From assembly GCA_963781885.1 (NCBI GenBank), contig CAWAHW010000002.1, forward strand, positions 800,001 to 864,000: a DNA stretch of 64,000 bases. The letters are read 5' to 3'. Below are positions 22,373 through 32,045 of this stretch, piece after piece. Every line of letters begins with the position of its first letter. The stretch's first letter is position 1. Below the pieces are notes generated by a model. The model was not told the DNA's origin, made no database searches, and saw nothing but the letters and a program-made list of their open reading frames with translations. The position numbers and the translations under genes were made by a program. The DNA comes from an uncultured Spirochaetota bacterium. Lineage in GTDB: Bacteria; Spirochaetota; Spirochaetia; SZUA-6; Fen-1364.

Positions 22373-22503
22373 TTTTCTTCGAGGCAGGGAGCATTTCCCG
22401 ACCGGCGGTAGAGCCCGCAACCTGGATCGCGACCGCGCGCGGCGCGTGAAGGTGGAAACGGTGTGATTCCGTTGCCGACAGTACAGTCTGGATGGGAGAA
22501 GGA
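22373..22503 (+). promoter_or_regulatory. FMN riboswitch (RFN element)
   Basis: Consensus blocks TCGAGGCAGGG, TTCCCGACCGGCGGT, AGCCCGC, CGGTG.GATTCCG..GCCGACAGT and AGTCTGGATGGGAGAAG in order; the 3' strand of P1 runs into the ribosome-binding site of ATG 22510. Confidence 0.92.
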
Positions 22504-22509
22504 AGGAAC

Positions 22510-24078
22510 ATGCCGGAACCGTTGATCGAGGCGCGAAGCCTCGGATTTTCCTACCCGAACATGGACGTGCTGGACACGCTCACTTTCACCGTGGAGACGG
22601 GGAGCTTCGTGTCGTTTCTGGGCCCGTCGGGCTGCGGGAAGAGCACGCTCCTGAACCTGATCGCCGGCATCCTCCACCCGTCGCGCGGCGAGCTGCGCGT
22701 CAACCCTTCGCGGATCTCCTTCGTCTTCCAGAACGATACGCTGCTGCCGTGGCGCTCGTCGATCGCCAACGTGCTCCTTCCCTTTGACCTGCTGGGATTG
22801 CCCGCATCCGACGAGCTTCGCGGCCGCGGCATGCGCCTCCTTGCGGACCTTGGCCTCGCGGGGAGTGAAGAGCTTTTCCCGTCCCAGCTTTCGGGGGGCA
22901 TGAAGAAGCGCGTGGAGCTTGCGCGGGCGCTCGTGACGGAGCCCGAGCTTCTCATCCTCGACGAGCCATTCTCATCGCTGGACATCATGACGCGCGAAAG
23001 ACTGAACGTCATGGTCCGCGCGCTTCACCGGCGGACGGGCGGAAGCGTCGTGATGGTGACCCATTCGGTTGAAGAGGCATGCTTTCTGTCGGACCGCCTC
23101 TTCGTGCTCTCCTCCGCCCCTGCCCGCATCATCGAGGCCCATGAGCTGTCGAAAAATGGAGAGGAGCTTCCGGCCCATTATCTGCTCTCCCGGACGGAGA
23201 GGGGTGTTGCAGAGGACGTCCGCAGGAATGCAAATGCGCTCTGGACGGTTCCGTTTGAGAAGGTCGTTTTGCAGAAACGAGACAAGGAAGAAACGGGCGC
23301 GGGTCGCGCGACGGGGCGAGATTTTCTCCGCCGCCACTACGGCTGGGTGCTGGTGCCCGCGGAGCTCGCGGCGATCTTTTTCGTGCTGGTCTTCCTCAAG
23401 GTGCGCATTCCCATTCCCGACTACATCCTTCCGCATCCGTGGGGCGTGCTCACGCGCTTTGCCACGACATTGTGGCGCGGCACCATACTTCCCGACGTCG
23501 GCATGACGGTCTATGAATCCCTCGCCGGTTTCGGGATCGCATTCGCCGCATCGCTCGTGCTGGGCTACGGCATCGCGAAGTCGCGTCTCGCATCACGCCT
23601 CCTCATGCCGTACCTCATCGCGGCCAACACCATCCCCACCATTGCGCTTGCACCTTTCCTGGTGCTGTGGCTGGGTTTCGGGGCGGCTCCCCGTATCGTG
23701 ACGTCGGCCATCGTGATCTTCTTCCCGATGCTGGTCACCACGATTTCCGCGATCGGCATCGCCGAGCGGGAGATGAGCCAGCTCATTTCTTTCTTCCGGC
23801 CTCCCCGCCTGCGGCGTTTCGCGTATTTCGAGCTGCCTGCCTCCCTGCCGATGATCGCGAGCGGTGTGAAGGTGTCGATCACGCTTTCGGTGATCGGCGC
23901 CGTCGTCGGGGAGTTCGTCGCGGGCAATCGGGGGCTGGGGGCTCTCGTGAGCATCGCGAAGGCCAATTTTGACGTGGAGCTGATGTTCGTGGGTTTGATC
24001 TGGCTCGTGCTGCTCGGCCTTGCGTATTACGCGGCCGCGGGCCTTGCCCACAGGCTGGTGGCACGCTCGCTTCGATAG
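22510..24078 (+). CDS. Fused ABC ATPase-permease, NitT/TauT type; probable riboflavin importer subunit
   Basis: Walker A GPSGCGKST, LSGGMKKR and LILDEPF, then a SsuC/TauC-type membrane domain (LPHP..V, IPTIALAP, ELPASLP, GAVVGEF) in one ORF; lies under the FMN riboswitch. Confidence 0.8.
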   Translation: MPEPLIEARSLGFSYPNMDVLDTLTFTVETGSFVSFLGPSGCGKSTLLNLIAGILHPSRGELRVNPSRISFVFQNDTLLPWRSSIANVLLPFDLLGLPASDELRGRGMRLLADLGLAGSEELFPSQLSGGMKKRVELARALVTEPELLILDEPFSSLDIMTRERLNVMVRALHRRTGGSVVMVTHSVEEACFLSDRLFVLSSAPARIIEAHELSKNGEELPAHYLLSRTERGVAEDVRRNANALWTVPFEKVVLQKRDKEETGAGRATGRDFLRRHYGWVLVPAELAAIFFVLVFLKVRIPIPDYILPHPWGVLTRFATTLWRGTILPDVGMTVYESLAGFGIAFAASLVLGYGIAKSRLASRLLMPYLIAANTIPTIALAPFLVLWLGFGAAPRIVTSAIVIFFPMLVTTISAIGIAEREMSQLISFFRPPRLRRFAYFELPASLPMIASGVKVSITLSVIGAVVGEFVAGNRGLGALVSIAKANFDVELMFVGLIWLVLLGLAYYAAAGLAHRLVARSLR

Positions 24079-24089
24079 GAGGATTTCCG

Positions 24090-25031
24090 ATGAAAAGGTT
24101 CCTGTTTTCCCTGCTTGTCATTCTTTTCGCTGTCGGCACTGGCGCCGCGGCTGCGGAAAAGGTGCGTCTGGCAATCGGATACATCCCGCACGTCCAGTTC
24201 ACGCCGCTGTACGTCGGCATCGACAAGGGATTCTACCGCGACGAGGGGATCGACCTGGAGTTGAGCTTCGGTTTCCAGTACGACGTCTTCTCGCTCCTGG
24301 CCGCGGGCAAGATCGACATCGGGCTGTCGGACTCGGACCAGCTCATCCTCTCCGGCGCCAAGAACATGGGCCTGAGCGCGATCTTCCAGTACTACCAGAA
24401 GTATCCCGTGGCAATCGTCGCAAAGGCCGATGCCGTGAAGGTCCCGGGCGACCTGAAGGGAAAGATCATCGGCACGCCGGAGATGTCGGGAAGCTCCTAC
24501 ATCGGTCTGGAGCTCTTCCTGCGCAAGTACGGCCTGACGGACAGCGTCCAGGTGGAAAAGATCGGCTATACCCAGGAGGCAACGCTCCTCAGCGGCAAGG
24601 CGGATGCCGTTGTCTGCTTCTCCAACAACGAGCCCGTGGTCTTCCGATCCGAAGGGGTCGCCATCCGCCAGTGGAATGTGAATGACTTCAGCGACATGGT
24701 GGGCGCGTCCTTCATCAGCTCGAAGGCGATCGTCGCCGCGCGGGGGGATGTGATTGCCCGTTTCGTGCGGGCGACGCAGAAGGCCATGGCATATACCATG
24801 GATCACCGCGACGAGGCGGCGCAGATCGCGCTTCGCAACGTGGGCAACGTGAAGAAGGAGGACGAGCCGCTTTTCCGACAGCGTCTGGACGCCACGTGCG
24901 AGCTTTTCCCCAGTGCCCATGGATACGGCTACCTGGACCAGGAGCGGTACGCGCGCTCAATCGCCGAGCTTGCCTCCCTGGGGCTCATTCCCGCAGTGTT
25001 CCCGGCGCGGGACATCCTGCAGCAATTCTAG
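24090..25031 (+). CDS. ABC substrate-binding protein, NMT1/THI5-like (RibY-like)
   Basis: Signal peptide, GYIPHVQFTPLYVG.DKGFYRDEGID and DLKGKIIG; AGGAGG ribosome-binding site; cotranscribed with the fused transporter. Confidence 0.8.
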   Translation: MKRFLFSLLVILFAVGTGAAAAEKVRLAIGYIPHVQFTPLYVGIDKGFYRDEGIDLELSFGFQYDVFSLLAAGKIDIGLSDSDQLILSGAKNMGLSAIFQYYQKYPVAIVAKADAVKVPGDLKGKIIGTPEMSGSSYIGLELFLRKYGLTDSVQVEKIGYTQEATLLSGKADAVVCFSNNEPVVFRSEGVAIRQWNVNDFSDMVGASFISSKAIVAARGDVIARFVRATQKAMAYTMDHRDEAAQIALRNVGNVKKEDEPLFRQRLDATCELFPSAHGYGYLDQERYARSIAELASLGLIPAVFPARDILQQF

Positions 25032-25075
25032 CGCCGTCCGTGCCTACGGGCGGGCCGTGCCGGGGCGGCCCTCGC

Positions 25076-25425
25076 CTACAGCCGCGCGCCCATCCTGTTT
25101 CCCGATTCATAGGCCCGAAGGCCGAGGCGGAAGGTCCCCCAGGCGACAAGCGCGACGACTGCATCGGCGCCGACGAGGACCAGGAGCCGGAGCGGATCGA
25201 ACGACTTCCAGAGCGCCATGGGGATGTAGGCGATCAGCGCGGCCGGGATAAGCGTGTGCAGAAGGATTGTCGCGGGCCCCTGGAATATGGAGCCAGGACG
25301 ACCGCGTTCACGGTCCGATAATGGGGGGCGAAGAAATCCCGCAGCAGCCCGGTCCGGCCGGCGGCATTCTTCTTACGCGCGACAAAAGTTTTCCGCAGGT
25401 TTGTGACGGTGAGGACTGTTTCCAT
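25076..25425 (-). pseudogene. Deletion remnant: 5' end of an ABC ATPase gene joined to the 3' end of an ABC-2 (DUF990-like) permease gene
   Basis: METVLTVTNLRKTF...RDFFAPHYRTVNAV breaks off at about 25299 and is followed, in another frame, by PGSIFQG...LIPAALIAYIP...FRLGLRAYESGNRMGARL-stop. Confidence 0.65.
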
Positions 25426-25549
25426 GGCACATTCTATCGAAGCTCGACATTTTGGAAAAGAGCGGAGGCATGAGTGCCGTGGAGCCCGCGGGAGCGGACG
25501 GCGTCCGCAAGCGGCCGGTGGCGCGCGGGGCGGCGCGCGGAATCCGGCC

Positions 25550-26140
25550 TTATGCGGCGCGCCCGCGGAGCTTTGCGGCTGCCAGGGCAACGACGCTGAG
25601 CAGGCCCCACCCCGCGGCGATCTTCAACGCATCCCCGACGATGAAGGGAACAAGGCCGAGGGAGATTGCCTTGCTCATGCCGGTGAATGCCCCGAGCCAC
25701 ACGACGCCCGGGACATAGGTCGCGAGGTCGCCGACGACAAGCGCCAGGAGCCTTCCCGGCCACTTCACGCAGAGCCCGCGCTCGGCGAACAGCCCGACGA
25801 TGAAAGCGCACAGAGCGAAGCCCAGCAGGTAGCCTCCCGTGGGACCGAGAAGGTGCGCAATACCCGACGTGCCGCCGGAAAAGAAGGGAAGACCGATGCT
25901 GCCTTCGGCAACGTAGGCCACGACCGACAGGGCTCCCCGGCCGCTGCCGAGCAGACAGCCCGCCAGAAGTATTGCGAACGTCTGGAGCGTCACGGGCACC
26001 GGCGTGAAGGGCAGGGGAATGGCGACCTGGGAACAAAGAGCGATCAAAAGGGAGAATCCGGCGATGAGCGACGCATCGTAGAGCACGGCGATGCTGCGGC
26101 GCGTCGGCCGGATGAGGTCAACGTAGACCGAAGAGCTCAT
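25550..26140 (-). CDS. bioY: Biotin transporter BioY
   Basis: IPLPFTPVPVTLQTF, GLPFFSGG, GPTGGYLLGF and PFIVGDALK; GGAGGT ribosome-binding site. Confidence 0.92.
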   Translation of the reverse strand: MSSSVYVDLIRPTRRSIAVLYDASLIAGFSLLIALCSQVAIPLPFTPVPVTLQTFAILLAGCLLGSGRGALSVVAYVAEGSIGLPFFSGGTSGIAHLLGPTGGYLLGFALCAFIVGLFAERGLCVKWPGRLLALVVGDLATYVPGVVWLGAFTGMSKAISLGLVPFIVGDALKIAAGWGLLSVVALAAAKLRGRAA

Positions 26141-26288
26141 TCTGTACCTCCACACAAAGTGACGGAAGGATAGCGGGAAAAATGGGGCCTTTTCAAGGCC
26201 GATGCGCGCCGCAGCCTTCTTCCGCGGGCGCGTCGTATTGACAATCCCGGAAGGCCGGGCGATCATCCCATCCTGAACTGGGATTAAA

Positions 26289-27743
26289 ATGGCCGAAAAG
26301 AACCTCACACTGAGGCTCGCGAGAACGGAGCGTGCCGGGTATTTTTCTCTTCGCCCCGTCCGACCCGGCGAGCTGCCCTCGCTCATGAACAAACATATCC
26401 TGAGCGGCTGCCTGGGAGCGATCTGGGCCAACCTCATCACGGGCATCATCTACATCTACTTCGGGAATGCCATCGGCATGACCCAGCTCGAGTGGGGCAT
26501 CCTGGGCGGCGTCAGCTCCTGGGTCGTGGCCGCGCAAGTATTCGGTGCGGTCCTGGGCGAGCGGGTGAAATCGCGGAAGGTCGTCTGGTTCTGGTTCGCC
26601 ATCGCCGACCGGGTCGTACGGCTCATCGGCATTGCCTTCGCGTATATGATCTGGCGCGCGGGAAACCATGCCGGCTATCTCGTCTTCATGATGGCAATCT
26701 GCGTCGGGACGCTGATAGGGACAGTCGCCAACGGCCCGTGGTACGGCTGGCTTGCCACCATCATCCCGCAGCAGGTGCAGGGCACGTTCTGGGGACGTCG
26801 GGACAGCCGTATCGCGCTGGCGACGGTCGTCGTGCTGCTGCCTTCGGGTCTCCTCATGGACCTGATCCCGGAGGCGGGAAAGCTCGATGCCGCCTTCGCC
26901 ATCCTTGTGGCCGCCAGCTTCATCGGCTTCACGGACCTGATCATCCACGGTACCATCCCCGAGCCGCCGCACGAGACCAGCCCCGCGCGCGGGTCGCTCT
27001 CGAACATCATGAATCCATTGCGCGACACGCGCTTCCGACCGTGGCTGGTTTTCACCGCTTCCTGGAACTTCGCCATGTCCCTTGCCGGGGCGCTGTGCAC
27101 CCTGTACTTCATGCAAAACCTGGGCTTCAACAACGACCTGCTGGGCGGCATGATCGCCATCAACGGGGTCGGGTTGGTCGGCACGCTCCTCGGCGCGCGC
27201 CGCGTGGGGCGCATGGTCGACCGTCTCGGCATCAAGCGGATGCTCATGCTGGGGTACCTGTTCTGGTCGACCCTGCCGTTGATCTGGCTGCTGGCGACGC
27301 CGCGGACGGCCATCCTGTGGGTGGGCCTCGCGAGCCTCGTGGGCGGTGTGTTCCCCGCGGCGGCGAACAACGCAGGCATCAAGCTGGTAACGAGGTTTCG
27401 CCGGCCGGAAGAGAGCTCCATGTACATGGCCGTGTCCACGACCGTCGGGGGCATCGCGGGCGGATTCGGCTCGATTGCCGCGGGATTGTTCGTGAGCGCG
27501 ATGGGGAGCCGCTCCTTCGGCGTATTCGGTCTCGTCGTCAGCGCTTTCCCCCTCCTTTTCATCATCTCCTCGGCGCTCCGTTTCACGACTTGTTTCCTCA
27601 TCATTCCGCGCATCCGGGTCATGGAGAGACCGGTCGAGGAGAACAGGCCCTTCCTCCTGCCTCTCTTCTTCGAGGCGGTGCCGGGCATCAGCAGGATCAT
27701 GCGGGGAAGCGGCCGGCAAAATGCCGCCAGGAGCGGCCGGTGA
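26289..27743 (+). CDS. MFS transporter
   Basis: About 12 hydrophobic segments with a central loop; MFS motif GRMVDRLGIKR. Confidence 0.78.
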   Translation: MAEKNLTLRLARTERAGYFSLRPVRPGELPSLMNKHILSGCLGAIWANLITGIIYIYFGNAIGMTQLEWGILGGVSSWVVAAQVFGAVLGERVKSRKVVWFWFAIADRVVRLIGIAFAYMIWRAGNHAGYLVFMMAICVGTLIGTVANGPWYGWLATIIPQQVQGTFWGRRDSRIALATVVVLLPSGLLMDLIPEAGKLDAAFAILVAASFIGFTDLIIHGTIPEPPHETSPARGSLSNIMNPLRDTRFRPWLVFTASWNFAMSLAGALCTLYFMQNLGFNNDLLGGMIAINGVGLVGTLLGARRVGRMVDRLGIKRMLMLGYLFWSTLPLIWLLATPRTAILWVGLASLVGGVFPAAANNAGIKLVTRFRRPEESSMYMAVSTTVGGIAGGFGSIAAGLFVSAMGSRSFGVFGLVVSAFPLLFIISSALRFTTCFLIIPRIRVMERPVEENRPFLLPLFFEAVPGISRIMRGSGRQNAARSGR

Positions 27744-27944
27744 GCGCGAGGGAGAGGCCGCGCAGGCCGGGGAAAAAAGGGACGCGGCGGCGGTCCCTGT
27801 GACGAAAGGCAAGTCACCGCAGAAGGCAGCGGGCAAGACATCGGTTGTCAGGCGCAAAGGCAAGACGGACAAGTTGCCACCGGCATCGGCCGGTCGGTCC
27901 GAGGGCTCCAGGGATCCGAAGCGCCGGCGGTGAGCCCGCCGGCC

Positions 27945-29243
27945 TTACTCTCGTGTATAGGGTTTTCCGTCCGCGGCGGGCGGCAGCACTTTTCCTACCA
28001 GTCCTGCCACGGCAAGTATCGTGGCGAGATAAGGGAACATCGTCAGGAATGACGACGGTATGGGGACATTCAGGATTGAGAGCGCGAACTGCAGCGCGTC
28101 CGTGAATCCGAAGAGGAGCGCCGCGCCTAGCGCCCCCAGCGGGCGCCATCTGCCGAATATCATGGCGGCAAGGGCGATGTAGCCCAACCCCGAGGTCATG
28201 TTCGGCGCGAACTGCCCGGTCGATCCGATGGTGAATGACGCGCCGCCGATGCCGGCGACGATGCCGCCGAGGATGACGTTGCGGTAGCGGACCCGTTGCA
28301 CGTTGATGCCGACCGTGTCGGCGGCGCGGGGATGCTCGCCGACGGCGCGCACCCGCAGGCCCCAGCGCGTGCGGAAAAGCGCCACTTGCACGGCGACGAG
28401 GATGGCGATCGTCAGGTAGACGAAGATGTTCTGGTTGAAGATCAGCGGCCCGACGACGGGAATCCGGTCCAGCAGCGGCAGAGGGATGGGGGAGAACACG
28501 GCGGGGCTGTTCAACGTGTCCTGGTGGGGCGCGAGGAGGCTCTGCAGGAAGAAGCTCGTGAGACCGAGCGCGAACGCGTCCAGCACGACGCCCACGATGA
28601 TCTGGTCCGCGGCATAGGTGATCGTGAACACGGCGAGCACGAGCCCCACAAGCGCGCCCGCCGTGGCGCCGGCAATGAGACCAAGGTACAGATTGTGGCT
28701 TGCGCTTCCGACCAGGGCCCCGAGGAAAGCCGAGACGAGGAACTGGCCTTCTATGGCGATGTTGATGACCCCGGCACGCTCGCACAGGAGACCGGAAAGG
28801 GCACCGAGGGTGAGCGGCACGGCCTCGATGAGCGACGTCATCAGGAGGCCCTCGACGTCGACCGTCGCGCCCCTGCCCGACCAGGCGAGAAATGCCACGC
28901 CCGTCAGGGCGAGCCCAATGCCCAGCAGGAGGTATATCCGCTTGTTCCCTTTCCAGAGGATCTGCAGCACGCCCAGGAGCGCACAGACGATGCCCAGCCC
29001 CAACAGCACGGGAAGAGCGCGGAAGGGCAGGGGCGGCAAGGAGGGCGCGGGAGGCGCGGAGAACTGAAATGTCGTGCGCGCATCCGGAGTGGTTCCGCGC
29101 GCAAAAAGGAGAAGGATGATGGCCGCCAGCACGAAGAGGGCGATGCCGAACCCGCGCCGTCGCGCCGCCGCCACGTCCCGGCGCAACTCGCCCTGCTGGC
29201 TTGCCGGATCGCTGCGCGCTCCTCCGTTCACCGTATCGCTCAT
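27945..29243 (-). CDS. ABC permease 2 (nucleoside/BMP-associated, BPD_transp_2)
   Basis: CERAGVINIAIEG, RTRWGLRVRAVGEHPRAADTVGINV and GYIALAAMIFGRWRP. Confidence 0.88.
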   Translation of the reverse strand: MSDTVNGGARSDPASQQGELRRDVAAARRRGFGIALFVLAAIILLLFARGTTPDARTTFQFSAPPAPSLPPLPFRALPVLLGLGIVCALLGVLQILWKGNKRIYLLLGIGLALTGVAFLAWSGRGATVDVEGLLMTSLIEAVPLTLGALSGLLCERAGVINIAIEGQFLVSAFLGALVGSASHNLYLGLIAGATAGALVGLVLAVFTITYAADQIIVGVVLDAFALGLTSFFLQSLLAPHQDTLNSPAVFSPIPLPLLDRIPVVGPLIFNQNIFVYLTIAILVAVQVALFRTRWGLRVRAVGEHPRAADTVGINVQRVRYRNVILGGIVAGIGGASFTIGSTGQFAPNMTSGLGYIALAAMIFGRWRPLGALGAALLFGFTDALQFALSILNVPIPSSFLTMFPYLATILAVAGLVGKVLPPAADGKPYTRE

Positions 29244-30505
29244 CCTGCCCACCCTCCAAACACGCGGCCGCCGGCTCGCGTGAGCCTGATTCGATAGATG
29301 GTGCGGATGACGCCCGGAGCAGCCACGAAGAGCACCAGCACGGCCTGCAGCACCTGCACGAGCTGCAGGGGAATGCTCGTGTTCACCTGCATCGTACGGC
29401 CGCCCGCGGTGAATGCCCCGAACAGAAGCGCCGAAAGCCCCACTCCTAGGGGCGTGCCGCGGCCGAGTATCGCCACCGTGATGCCGTCAAAGCCGATGGT
29501 TCCGCTGTACAGCGGCGACAGGCGGAAGTCCACGCCGAGCACCATGAAGGCGCCGCCCAGCCCCACGAGCATGCCGGCAAGGGTCATGGCGATGGTGAAG
29601 TGCCGCTCGATCTGCACGCCGGCAACGCGCGCCGCCTCGCGATTGGCGCCCAGCATCCGGAACCTGAACCCCAGTGTGCTGCGGTTCAGGAGCCAGCCGA
29701 CTCCCAGGACAAGGAGCACGGCCAGGACGATGCCCAGGTTGACGCGCAGCGATGATCCCGTGATGGACGGAAGCCGCGCGGCGGCGACAACGATCTTGGA
29801 GATGGCCTGGTTGCGGGGCGGCGCCTGCACCAAGCCGGTGGTCAGGAGCCACGTGAGGAGGTTCATGCCGACGTAGTTGAGCATCATCGAGGTGATCACC
29901 TCGTGCGCTCCTGTTCGCGCCTTGAGCACGCCGGGGATGAATCCCCAGGCCGCGCCGAAGGCCGCGCCCCCGAGGATCGCAAGCGGAAGATGAAGGACCG
30001 CGGGAAGGGAGGGGAAGGAGAAGCCGACGATGGTCGCGCCGATCGCTCCCAGCACGAGCTGGCCCTGGCCGCCGATGTCGAAAAGTCCCGCGCGAAACGC
30101 CAGCGCGATGCCGAGGCCTGCCATCATCAGCGGGGTCGTTGACACGAGGGTTTCCGAAAGGGGGATGAAGGCGGCGACGACGGCCGTTGCGTTCCCGGAC
30201 CGCAGCGCCTCCACGATGCCGCGCGGGCTGCCGATGGAGCCCAGGAAAAGCGAGCTGTATGCATTGGCAATGGCCATCCAGCTCTGGAGGAAGGCCTGGC
30301 CGGGCGCGTGCCCGAACTCATGCCAGGCGCGTGTTGCCGCCGGCGTGGCCAGGATGATGATGAGCCCTCCGACGACCAGCGCGCTCACGAACGCGAGGAA
30401 TGTCACCGTGAAGGTGTTGCCGCTCACGATGAAATCGAGTGCCCGGCGGAGAGACGGGCGGCGCGGGTCCTTTCCCGTCGCTGCAGACGTTGCATTCCCG
30501 CTCAT
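29240..30505 (-). CDS. ABC permease 1 (nucleoside/BMP-associated)
   Basis: AFRAGLFDIGGQGQ, AHEVITSMMLNY and GFDGITVAILG. Confidence 0.88.
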   Translation of the reverse strand: MSGNATSAATGKDPRRPSLRRALDFIVSGNTFTVTFLAFVSALVVGGLIIILATPAATRAWHEFGHAPGQAFLQSWMAIANAYSSLFLGSIGSPRGIVEALRSGNATAVVAAFIPLSETLVSTTPLMMAGLGIALAFRAGLFDIGGQGQLVLGAIGATIVGFSFPSLPAVLHLPLAILGGAAFGAAWGFIPGVLKARTGAHEVITSMMLNYVGMNLLTWLLTTGLVQAPPRNQAISKIVVAAARLPSITGSSLRVNLGIVLAVLLVLGVGWLLNRSTLGFRFRMLGANREAARVAGVQIERHFTIAMTLAGMLVGLGGAFMVLGVDFRLSPLYSGTIGFDGITVAILGRGTPLGVGLSALLFGAFTAGGRTMQVNTSIPLQLVQVLQAVLVLFVAAPGVIRTIYRIRLTRAGGRVFGGWAG

Positions 30506-32031
30506 GCGGTCTCCCCCCCGTGTGTCGCCGGCCCGCTTCCCGCCATCAAAAGCCCGATCTGCTCGCGGCTCAGGCTGGCTGCCTCGAACGGGCCGGTCAG
30601 GCGGCCGCGGTACATGACGACGATGCGGTCCGCCAGGGCCATCACCTCGTCCAGCTCGGATGAGATGAGGAGCACCGCCACCCCTGCATCGCGCGCCGCC
30701 ACCAGCCGGTTGTGCACGTATTCGATGGAGCCGATGTCCAGACCCCGGGTCGGCTGCGCGGCGAGGATGAGACGGATGTCCCGCGGCAGCTCGCGCGCGA
30801 CGATCACCTTCTGCTGGTTGCCGCCGGAGAGCGTCTTCACCGGCGCATGCACGGACTGCGCGCGGATGTCGAAGTCTTTCAGCCTTTCCTTTGCGACGCC
30901 GAAGATCGATTGCCAGCGGAGAGCGCCCCCGCGCGAATACGGGACCTCGTCGTGCACGTCCAGGACGATGTTTTCCGCGATCTCGAAATCCCCCACGAGG
31001 CCGTCACGCTGACGGTCCTCGGGGATGTTCGCCACGCCCGCACGCAAAATGGCCTTGGGCGATGCCCCCGTCAGGTCGCGGCCGGCAATGCGGACCGATC
31101 CGCCGATGACCAGCGCAAGGCCGGTAATGCCCTCCGAGAGCTCGGTCTGGCCGTTTCCCTGGACACCCGCCACGGCCACGATCTCCCCGGCCCGCACCTC
31201 GAGGTTGAGCCCGTCGACGGCGATGCGCCCGGACTTGTCGAGGACGGTCAGGTTGTGCACCTGCAGGATCGGCTCCCGGGGGTGCGCCACGCCTTTTTTC
31301 ACCTGAAGGTCGACGCCGCGGCCGACCATCATCGAGGCGAGGTCCTGCTCCGTGGTCTGTGCGGGGGTCGTCGTTCCGATCACCCTGCCCTGGCGGATCA
31401 CGGTGATGCGGTCCGCGATGGCAAGGACCTCCTTCAGCTTGTGCGTGATGAAGAGGATGGTGCGGCCCGACACGCGAAGGCTTCGCATGACGGCGAAAAG
31501 CTCGTCGGTTTCCTGGGGCGTGAGAACCGCGGTCGGCTCGTCGAGGATCAGGAGGTGCGCCTCCCGCGCCAGCGCCTTCACGATTTCCACGCGCTGCTGC
31601 TGCCCGACGGAAAGCTCCCCCACCACGGCATCGGGATTCACCTCGAGGCCGAAGCGCCGCGACAGCTCGGCGATCTCCTGGCGCGCGCGCCTTTGATCCA
31701 GGAACCCCAGGCGGCTTGTCCGTTCGAATCCGAGCATGACGTTTTCGGAAACGGTGAAGACGGGGATCAGCATGAAGTTCTGGTGCACCATGCCGATGCC
31801 GGCCTTGATGGCCTCCCCGGGATTGGCGAAATGAACGGGCGCGCCGTCGATCAGGATGACACCGTCGTCCGGCCGGTACAGCCCGTCGAGCACGTTCATC
31901 AGGGTGGTTTTGCCCGCCCCATTTTCGCCGAGGAGGGCATGAATTTCGCCCTCCTCGGCTGTGAGACTGATGCGGTCGTTGGCCACAAGGTCTCCAAACC
32001 TCTTCGAGATCCCTTGAAGCTCCAGCCGCAT
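30502..32031 (-). CDS. ABC ATP-binding protein with two nucleotide-binding domains (CUT2 type)
   Basis: GENGAGKTT, LILDEPTAVL, LSGGNQQK and AQPTRGLD; start at MRLELQGISKRFG. Confidence 0.92.
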   Translation of the reverse strand: MRLELQGISKRFGDLVANDRISLTAEEGEIHALLGENGAGKTTLMNVLDGLYRPDDGVILIDGAPVHFANPGEAIKAGIGMVHQNFMLIPVFTVSENVMLGFERTSRLGFLDQRRARQEIAELSRRFGLEVNPDAVVGELSVGQQQRVEIVKALAREAHLLILDEPTAVLTPQETDELFAVMRSLRVSGRTILFITHKLKEVLAIADRITVIRQGRVIGTTTPAQTTEQDLASMMVGRGVDLQVKKGVAHPREPILQVHNLTVLDKSGRIAVDGLNLEVRAGEIVAVAGVQGNGQTELSEGITGLALVIGGSVRIAGRDLTGASPKAILRAGVANIPEDRQRDGLVGDFEIAENIVLDVHDEVPYSRGGALRWQSIFGVAKERLKDFDIRAQSVHAPVKTLSGGNQQKVIVARELPRDIRLILAAQPTRGLDIGSIEYVHNRLVAARDAGVAVLLISSELDEVMALADRIVVMYRGRLTGPFEAASLSREQIGLLMAGSGPATHGGETA

Positions 32032-32045
32032 CGTCGCGATTTTCG

